DNA from: Eimeria praecox
Lineage: Eukaryota
Length of the DNA stretch: 64,000 nt
Assembly (NCBI GenBank): GCA_963920595.1
Contig: OY986947.1
Location: 3,100,001-3,164,000, forward strand
Reading direction: 5' to 3'
The position numbers were made by a program, and so were the translations under genes. Shown here in pieces: positions 54,933 through 64,000 of this stretch (within the stretch, counting starts at the first letter, position 1; the number at the start of each line of letters is the position of its first letter). The notes below the pieces were generated by a model. That model made no database searches and was not told where the DNA came from. It saw only the letters and a program-made list of their open reading frames with translations.

Positions 54933-55836
54933 CGTAAAGATGACAGCAGACGCTGAGCCTCAAATGCTGTTGGCTGTAGGGGTGGGGGAGGCTGCCGAGA
55001 GCAGCAGCAGCAGCAGCAGCAGCAGGTCGCAGCTTCTTTCTTTCTTCTTCTGCTTCTCGTCCTGCTGCTGTTGCTGCTGCTGCTGCTGTTGCTGCTGTTG
55101 ACGGCAGACCCCCTGCTTTGTGGGAGGTGCTGCTGATAGGTAGAGGCTACAGAAGAGAGAAAGAATAAACCTTGAGGCAGGCGACGACACGACAAGGACG
55201 ACAGAAGACGGAGGAAGAGAAGCTGCTGCTGCTTAGTCCTCGTAAGGAGATATAATCCTTCTATGTTTGTCTTCATCAGTTATCTGCAGATATTCTCTGC
55301 TGCTATATATCTTTCTTTATTTGCTGCCTCCTTTTCAAAATTAATGCTGATGTCGGCATACCCCAAGGGAGGCATCTACGGTGTCTAGCCACCCAAAGAA
55401 TGCCAACAAGCATTTAAAATATCCTAAAATAAATAAATAAAAACACAAAAAAAGATATATATATGTATATATATTCAAGTTTATGAGAAGCTGTAGGATC
55501 AGGGCTGCCGCCCAAACCGGTGAGAGCAGCGGCAGGTTGAAAGGATGGGCAGTTCTGTTGTGATATTTATAAATATTAAAGAAATATACAAATACTTTAC
55601 AAAAATATATATATAAACATACAAAATAAAATAAAAAAAGATATTATATACATACACCGGAAGCTCGACGCCGCCACCAACCAACACAAATACGCTGGCT
55701 GGCGGTTTGGCTGTCTGTGTCGGGGATATACTCTAACAAGAAGAAGATGAATAAAATATAAAATACAGAATATATATATATTTTACTGTGTTTTTTATAT
55801 AAAATTAAGGAAAATCAATACATTTAATCCCCTACA

Positions 55837-55892
<56 letters not shown>

Positions 55893-56299
55893 TATATACA
55901 GAAACCTGAGCTGCCGATACACCCCAGCTAAGCAACAATCAACACCGAAAACACGCAAATTATCGAAAGTCTTTTTATATTTATTTCTTCAATTTATTTA
56001 CTATAAACACATATACACATGAAATAAAATATACCTTCTAATGTGGTTATACGTTAACACCTATAAGTAGTAGCACAGCAACAGCAACAGCCAAACACTC
56101 TCTACCTATTCAAGCCAGTATAGACAGCGTACTTGACCTCCAAATTTATTTTATTTTATATAATAGTATATTATACCATATACAAAACCCATTTTTAATA
56201 TATTTAACTTGCAATTAAATGTTTTACTACCTCTGATCATAACTTATATATATATATATATATACAAGAATGCAGGTATATTACTACTACCGAGAATCC

Positions 56300-59200
56300 T
56301 CCCCCTTATAAGTAGAAGACTGTCGTGAGTGGATACAGAGAGGCAGAGGACTCCACGAAATTTCTCTGAAGAAGATGTTGATAATTGCTTCTACAGCTTC
56401 TGTGTGCCTCGCCCACAGACGCCCAAGAGCCTCGAGGTAGTTAGGAGAGGAGCCGGCCTATCACGGGGTGTATCGGAGTTTGCTGCAACTAGTGCTGCAG
56501 CGAAGCCTCACGTTCATGAACGGCCATTCCTACCTTTGATAGATGAGTTGGCATTGCAAGATACAGCGTAGAATGTTAGTAAACACTTACTTCGCCCTCC
56601 ATAGCTAGGCTGCCCCCAAGTAGAGAGAGGAGTCCTGTAAAATGAGTCCTCGATCTTAGTACCCCAGGACAGTTGGGAGATGCAACAGAGCTAACGATTT
56701 GAAGAAAGAAATTTAGAGAAAGCAGCTGAACTGACTTCCAGCCTCCAAAATTTCTGACAAGTGTCCAAGGGCCTGGGCTGGTGGGGACACGCGCAGGCCT
56801 ACCGTGTCCTGCAGCGCCTGTTGCTATAGCTAGAGCTGTAAGCCAGCCCCACATGCATGCGCCGGTAATGCTACTTTGTTTCATGCGCCATCATACGTCA
56901 TAGACTTTGGTGTAGACTGTCTTTAAACACTTGCTTGATCCTTTAAAGTGAACCTACAAGCAAGTTGGTAGCGCATGCACTAAGCTTAAGCCACAGTATC
57001 TCGTTTGATTGGATTAGAGGCCAACATTTAATGCGGAGGTCATAGTCTACTGAAAAATATGAGCTGAGATGCTGCGATGCTCGCAACAACTGTGCGCGCG
57101 TAGACACGGGTTCGACTATCCCCAAAGGGTGGTGCCCAGGTCCCCAAACATTAAAGAAATAGAAGGCTTCTAGGAGACAAGGGGCTTGGTGTGCATACAA
57201 AGATGAATGAAGCTGGAAGGGAGAAAGTGATCCGAGTAGAATATCGTATTAACGGAAAGATATGATAACCTTTTACCTTGACCGAGCAACTATCACAAAA
57301 AGTTGAAAGTAGCCCAAATTTAAGTTGCTGTATATTTGCTCATACCTACGATTGTACGCGCTGGTGTTGAATCTAGCAGCGCATGTAGGTGCTCCTGAGA
57401 GGTTGCTTCGCACAAACAATCCTTATAATTCTACTTCTATTGTCGACCTCCTGATCGTGTCATGTACTATTCTCATCGTCTCTGGCCACCGCTGGTCGCT
57501 GCTCGCATGTCTACCTCCCTACTCCCCTCCTTCTCTCCCTTCTCGCAAAAGAAGAGGCGCTAATTTATGGTGAGAGTTCGGGGAATTTCTCGTGATTCCC
57601 TGAAACGTTCGAGAAAACCGCGATTTATGTTTATTATTTATTAAATAATAATAATAAATTATTATTATTTATTTATATATGAGATTTATAGTATGATGGC
57701 ACCCCCAAGCTGCTCTAAGTCTACTAAGTATGCCAGCGCGCTAAACAGAGGACGAACAACAAAGGACTCTACCCAACGTATGGCGAACTCGTTCGGCTGT
57801 TGACTGTCCTGTGCGCTTCGAAGAATGTACGAATCCACGTAAACTTACTGTTGAAATTCGTTTGCTGTAAGTTCTTGCTTGATGAGCATTCCTCCACTGC
57901 TTCAAGCCCTGTTTGGATAGAAGCAGCTGCTAGCTTACGGTACTGGCTTCTACCAGACAAGCCTAAGGGCGGATCGAGCAAAAGCTTCTCGATGAAGACC
58001 GAAGAGCCCAGAGAGCAACGAGTCGAAAAGTACACAATTGTATAATAAATCCATTCTGCATAGAGAAAGAATTCAGATTCTTTTGATATATTTTCCTTTG
58101 TGTAGAGTCGCAAATACTGCACAAGTGTTTTGTTGTGAGCACACGTTGACAACCCGCCTCCACGTGTGCCGAGGTTCGATTGTGGTTGAGTTGAAGCCGC
58201 CTCGAGTATTCGTGCAAGAAGGCGCTAACGAGTTACGACTACCCCACAGCGATGGTGCTGTACGGCCAGCCATGTGCTTTGTTGGCGTGATTCAAGAAGA
58301 ATCTGCGCACTCTCTCCACTGTAACTGAACTCGAGACGGGAATGAACTCGGCATACTTACTGAGCCTATCGACACGACAGAAAGTTTTATCAGGGCCTCT
58401 AAAGGTAAATATGCATCCTTGGGATACTCTAGATCCTCTTACGAATCGAAAGACTCTTAAAGCCTCCCCGTGTTGAAGAGTATTCTCGTGCTTCTGTTGC
58501 TGGCATCCAGAGCCGGGCCCATCCGCCAGTTAGGACTAAACCACCTGTTCCACCGCTGTGTTCATACTTATTCAACACGAAGACATAGTCGTTCGTGTTG
58601 TGCTGGAGCTCTATGTGAAATGAATCTGGAACGTACCGTAGCCACAACTCATGCCTATTTCGCTCTGCAGATTCGAAACGAATCTGGCATTCCCCTCCAG
58701 TGTCACGATCCTCCTGCCCCTCAATGGCCCGACTTCTTCACTCCGACATCAAGCCAATGACAGTCATACACCCTCGTAATCGCTACGCTGCGAGCCATGC
58801 AACGGAAACTGGGTTGCACATTCACACGTCGTACCGTAGACAGACCCCACGTTTCTACTGGAGCCATAAGATATTGTTGTTGATGCTGTAGCCTGCTGTT
58901 GAGCTTAGGAAGAACCGCTGCCACGTGAGTATCGAAGGAGTAATAAAAACGAAATTTATATTTATTATTATATAAATAATATATTTATTATACTATATTT
59001 ATGATAATAAATATTTATATTGATATACATTATATATGTTATTTATATCAAAAGGAAAGCCTCACAGGCAGTGAGGCTTTCCTTTTGATATAAATAACAT
59101 ATATAATGTATATCAATATAAATATTTATTATATATGCAGGGGTAGTAGACCTACAGAGAGCCAGCAAACAATTCTTTGAGTATCGCGATCGTAAAAATA

Positions 59201-59500
59201 TTTAGTTAGTTGTGTCAGGGATTAAGTATTTGTTGAAACGGTCAAATGCATGCAGACTAAACCCTGCAGACATTTTGTTTCTCTCTCCAGCAGATCTCGT
59301 CAAACTCGTTCTTACCTGCGAAAGTCTTCCTCCCTCTTTCCGTAAAACGAGGGAAGCAGCATGCGGTTCTTTGTTGAGCCTTCTAGTCTCTGGTGGCTTG
59401 CTGCGAGTGTACTACCCCAACATATATACCCCTGAAGTAAGTACGGTGATAGGAAGAAGGATTTATTAAGAGGAGACAACACGATTAGGGGAGAAGCTGT
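56300..59500 (-). mobile_element. Highly degenerate Ty3/Gypsy LTR retrotransposon (element 2)
   Basis: The minus strand gives an integrase core remnant from 58373 (VDRLSKYAEFIP...HGWP...NKTLVQYLRLY...AEWIY), a KLAP remnant near 57570 and a purine tract at 57512-57544. An LTR-like copy lies at ~57005-56300. RNase H/RT remnants at 58.6-59.45 kb are weaker. Confidence 0.78.
59004..59132. repeat. Perfect 62-bp inverted repeat with 5-nt spacer
   Basis: Arm 59004-59065 is the exact reverse complement of 59071-59132. The spacer is AGGCA. Confidence 0.97.
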
Positions 59501-59751
59501 CTTGTGCCTGTTGAGCCATCCTTTTCGTTATCTGCCTGAGTATGGTTTTTGTATATTTTATTCAATATAGCCATCAGAGATAAGGAGATGTATTTTAGAG
59601 GGGAAGTACTCGTTCTTATATATACTTTCTTCTTTACTATTTCATTAGAGTAGAGAGAAAGGGCTCGTTACTATAGAAGTTGATTCGGAGTAGCACAGCC
59701 CATCCGGCTGTATCCGCATATCGTTGGCCTCCTCCTACTGTATGTACAACC

Positions 59752-59788
<37 letters not shown>

Positions 59789-59866
59789 TTCGAATGAAGC
59801 AATTTTGAATGCCCCTATACACTACAACATATCCCTTGGTTGTTTCTGAAGGGTAGGGTACTTAAC

Positions 59867-59902
59867 TAGGGTTTAGGGTTTAGGGTTTAGGGTTTAGGGT
59901 TT
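59867..59902 (-). repeat. Internal telomere-like (TTTAGGG)n
   Basis: About five tandem units. Confidence 0.95.
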
Positions 59903-60009
59903 TGCCTATGTAGCCTCTCCGTATCCTGCTAGTGGCAGTGTTGCTTGTTAAGAACAAGCGTAAGACTAAGGGTGTTAGGGTAAGCGTTGCTGCAGCGTGG
60001 GGCTGTTTC

Positions 60010-60052
<43 letters not shown>

Positions 60053-60679
60053 AGTTCTGGTGTATGCTTAACCTAGCTGCTTCTCCCTCCTTAAGCTGAC
60101 GCTCTCCCTGTGTATGGGCTACGCAGCAGCAGCCCCGTGTCTGTGACAGCAGCAACACTTGCTGCTTCTGACAGCAGCAGCACCACAAATGCTGCGGCTT
60201 CTTCATACCCTAAGACTTTCCTCACTGTGTTTGGTGTTTGAAGTTTACGGTTTCTCACCCACCATACAATCAAAAACACCGATAATACGCTGCACAGTCG
60301 GTCTGTCTAAGACAGCCCCACTCACACAAAAAAAGGGCCCTTACAAGCACTCTTGCATGCATGCATGCAGGCATACACGCATGCATGCATGCATGCATGC
60401 ATGCATGCATGCATGCATGCATGCATGCAGGGGTCGCTTGCATACACTAAAGCCCCAAAGCACGCGATGCACAAGCATACGAAGAAAATCAACAAAAACA
60501 TCAAGATACAGCTGCTGCAGCAGCAGCAGCTAATGCTGCTGCTGCTGCTGCTGCTGCTGTGTCCTGTTGAGGACAACGCGGAGAGCCCCCACAAGCCCCA
60601 TTCATCCCCCACACACTGATGCAGGGTATAAACAAGACCTGCTGAAGCTCGATCATCTGCTACTGCTGCTACACTTGCT

Positions 60680-60835
60680 GCTGCTGCTGCTGCTTCATAA
60701 GCTGCTGCTGCTGCTTCATAAGCTGCTGCTGCTGCTTCATAATCTGCTGCTGCTGCTTCATAAGCTGCTGCTGCTGCTTCATAATCTGCTGCTGCTGCTT
60801 CATAAGCTGCTGCTGCTGCTTCATAAGCTGCTGCT
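60680..60835. repeat. 21-bp tandem repeat (gctgctgctgctgcttcataa-like) x~7
   Basis: Lies directly downstream of the AP2 stop codon, in the probable 3' UTR. Confidence 0.9.
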
Positions 60836-60896
60836 GCAGCAGCAAATGCGGCATTCACAGCATAACACCCCAAAACATCAAACGCCAGCGAGACTG

Positions 60897-61193
60897 TTAT
60901 AGGGTTAAGCGGAGCCTTTTCGTTGTTCCCACGTCTTCTTGTGCTGCTGCTGCTGCTGCTCCTGCTGCACTGCCCATCTCCTCCCTCTTTTGTCTTTGCT
61001 GTCCCTCACCTGCTGCAGCAGCAGAGTCGCAGGGTTCCTGCTGCTGCTGCTCCACATCGGGCGCCGCTGCTGCGCTTGCTGCTGCTGCTGCGGTTGTTGT
61101 TGACACCGCACCTGTTGAGGGACATTCCCACGGAAACAACGACTCCCCTCCAAGTTGCTGCTGCTGTTGCTGTGGTTGTTGCTGTTGCTGTTG

Positions 61194-61230
<37 letters not shown>

Positions 61231-61536
61231 AGCGGCAGTAGCAGCAAGGTCTGCAGCACCTCCTGTAGTTGCTGAACGGCCTGCCTGCTTAGAGCAGCAA
61301 CCCTATGGAGGAGCAATTGCTGCTGTTGCTGCTGCATTGTACCTTCTTCCCCTAGACCTTGCTGCTGTGTTAGATCTATATCGCCTAGCAGCTGCAGCTG
61401 CTGCAACCGTTGCTGCTGCTGCTGCAGTGCCTGCTCCAAATGAGACACTAGTAGCTGCCGCAGCTGCAGCCCATCTGTTTCTGTTGCTGGGTTCGCAACA
61501 GTAGTAGGCGCATCTGATTGCTCTGCCCGTTGCTGC

Positions 61537-61587
<51 letters not shown>

Positions 61588-61913
61588 TGCTGCAATTTAA
61601 TGCGCTGCTCCTGCAGCTGCTTCTCTACCTCCGCCACTTCTCTCGCTCGATTCAACAAGGACAAGATATCACCAGCGAATTCTATCAGTTTCTCTCCCTG
61701 CAGAGCTGCTGCTGCTGCTGCAGCTGTTGCTGCAGGCACAGTAAGAGCAGCAGCAGGAGCAGGCTGCTGCTGCCACGATGATGCTCCACTACTGTTGCTG
61801 CTGCTGCTGCTGCTGCTGTCGCTACTTCCAGCTTCAAGAGACGGAACAGCAGCAATACCTGTTGTTGCATCCTGCGCCGCGTTTGCGCGCTGAGGCGCTG
61901 CACCATGCGTTGG

Positions 61914-61973
<60 letters not shown>

Positions 61974-62090
61974 TGTTGTTGGTACAACAGCTGAATGTGG
62001 AGGTGCTGCTGCCTGCTGCAGAAAACTATCATGTAAAAGACCCAAGGACGAGGCGAGGATATCAGAGGAGCCGCTGCTGCTGCTGCTTTC

Positions 62091-62138
<48 letters not shown>

Positions 62139-62217
62139 ATTTACGTTGCTTACTGTCTTCCACTTGGGCGATCTCTCCCGAATTTGCTGCTTCACATCTG
62201 TTGCTGCTGTTGCCCCA

Positions 62218-62260
<43 letters not shown>

Positions 62261-62656
62261 AGGTTGCAGCTCCCCTGTGTCCTGGTGGTGTATGTGGGTG
62301 CCCTCCTGCTGGTGCTGCTGTTGGGGACCTGTCTGTTCCTGGGCTTGCTATATTTCCGGTAGCAGCAGCAGCTGCTGCTGCAGCAGCTGCTGCTGCTGCT
62401 GCTGCTGCTTCTGCTGCAGCTTCTGCTGCTGCTGTTCCCTGCTGTACGACCAGCTCTCTATAGGCAATACAGGCCTCTCTAGCTTCCTCTGAGCTTCTGA
62501 AGCGAGCTACAGCAAAACCCTTGCTGCGTAGTCTTCCCTCTGTTCGCCACTGACACCGCCACAGCTGTCTTGCTGCATCAAAGTAAACACCTGTGGGGGT
62601 GTTGCTGCCGCTGCGGTGGCTGCTGCGCCCAGAGGTTGCCTTCGTCCCGCTGCTGT

Positions 62657-62696
<40 letters not shown>

Positions 62697-62775
62697 TCCT
62701 ACACCAGGCCGCAGCAACGAAGCATCCTCCTTTGATGAAGAAACAGCAGCCCCATGACGCTGCAGAACCCCTTGC

Positions 62776-62812
<37 letters not shown>

Positions 62813-63274
62813 TATGGCTCGGAGATGAGGACTGCTGCCTGCGGCTCCTAGACTGAGGGGAAGGACCTGTTCTTGCAGCAGCAGCAGCTGCTGCTGCTGC
62901 AGCTGCTGCTGCAGTAACAACACGATGTCGCGGAAACAAACGCCGCTTAGCTGCAGCGCCCGTACGATACAAGCCAGCAAACAGCGCAGGCAACAGCCGC
63001 AGCTCTGATTGCTGCTGCTGCTGCTGTTGTTGTTGTTGCTGCTGCTGCTGCTGCGGTGTAGAGACACTACAAGACCATGTAGAAGTTCCTCGGTGGCTTT
63101 CAAGCCCCTCCCCGCCTTCCGCCGCGGGCGATATGTCGTGCGGGTGGGTTTGTTGCTGCTGCTGCTGCTGCTGGCTGCTGCTTCCTGTTGCAGCAGTACC
63201 AGCAGCAGCAGCAGATGCTGCTGCTGCATTTATTAGGGGCCGCAGAGGAGAGAGCGCCCTGTCACTGGCCGGCA
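60897..63274 (-). CDS. ApiAP2 transcription factor, terminal exon (upstream exons unresolved, probably extending beyond the window)
   Basis: AP2 domain GVYFDAARQLWRCQWRTEGRLRSKGFAVARFRSSEEAREACIAYRE at ~62592-62450, within an 805-codon open frame. An acceptor (tttgcgtattcag) lies at 63275, and the C-terminus is basic (TKRLRL). Confidence 0.88.
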
Positions 63275-63324
63275 CTGAATACGCAAAACAACAGACAAAC
63301 CGATGGCTTTGCATGAAAGAGCAG

Positions 63325-63326
<2 letters not shown>

Positions 63327-63375
<49 letters not shown>

Positions 63376-63408
63376 CCTACCTACCTACCTACCTACCTAC
63401 CTACCTAC

Positions 63409-63503
<95 letters not shown>

Positions 63504-63943
63504 ACTAACTAGCTAGCTAACTAACTAGCTATCTAACTAGCTATCTAACTAGCTATCTAACTAGCTAGCTAGGAAGAAGACTGGCAAGGCCGCTAGCTAG
63601 CTAGCTAGCTGAGTAGCTAGCCAAGAGGCTGGCTAGGCCTCACTAATGAAGATCCTGCAGGGCTGGAGGTGCGTCACTGTCTGAACGTTGGGGTCAGCCG
63701 GCACACTAGGCAGCTAGCCAGCTAGCTAGCTAGCTACATATATAGCTAGCTATGGAGCTAGCTATGTGACTAGCTAGACAGCTAGCTAGCTAGCCAGCTA
63801 GCTAGCTAGCCAGCTATGTAGCTAGCTATGTAGCTAGCCGGGCAGCTAGCTAGGCAGCTATGTAGGTAGCTAGCCATGCAGCTAGCCATATAGCTAGCTA
63901 TCTATCTAGCTATCTAGCTAGCTATGTGTGTAGCTAGCTAGCC
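63327..63943. repeat. (ATCT)n/(ACCT)n grading into (TAGC)n array
   Basis: Tetranucleotide tracts in the presumed intron upstream of the AP2 exon. Confidence 0.92.
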
Positions 63944-64000
63944 ACGTACCTCTGCATATAGCATGTATCTCCTCTCCTGCTTCTTCTATGAGTTCCGCAG

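Noticed and set aside
55300..59200. AT-rich DNA with GC islands suggesting an organellar (NUMT/apicoplast) insertion
   Set aside because: No recognisable cox1/cox3/cob, rRNA or plastid gene fragments. Integrase and LTR remnants explain most of the region.
60680..60835. Regular 21-bp repeat (also 19705-19880) as a possible CRISPR-like array or YEAAAAA repeat protein
   Set aside because: There are no unique spacers, the context is eukaryotic, and the units derive from CAG tracts in probable 3' UTRs.

Overview
Eukaryotic, intron-rich genomic DNA from a coccidian apicomplexan, almost certainly Eimeria. The evidence is pervasive CAG/CTG tracts in and between genes, internal AAACCCT telomere-like arrays, TGCATGCA runs and a coccidian-type 14-3-3. 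The species cannot be fixed from sequence alone. Most ORFs in the six-frame track are artefacts of simple repeats. By manual splicing and phase checking I support nine genes: 14-3-3 (+); a 5-EGF type I membrane MIC7-like microneme protein (-); a divergent ORC3 (-); an SSXT(SS18/GIF)+Myb/SANT-like+polyQ protein (+); a CAMK-group kinase with a GC-AG intron (-); a small secreted single-TM acidic protein (-); a signal peptide+PAN/Apple+GH16 beta-1,3-glucanase+GPI protein (+); a CtIP/Sae2 homologue (-); and an ApiAP2 transcription factor (-, 5' end unresolved). Two decayed Ty3/Gypsy LTR retrotransposons (44.6-49.3 kb +, ~56.3-59.5 kb -) converge on the CtIP gene. Four diverged copies of one LTR-like sequence occur in the window. 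A perfect 62-bp inverted repeat sits inside the second element. All family assignments come from motif recognition by eye, not database searches. I found no unambiguous novel system, but several candidates deserve testing.
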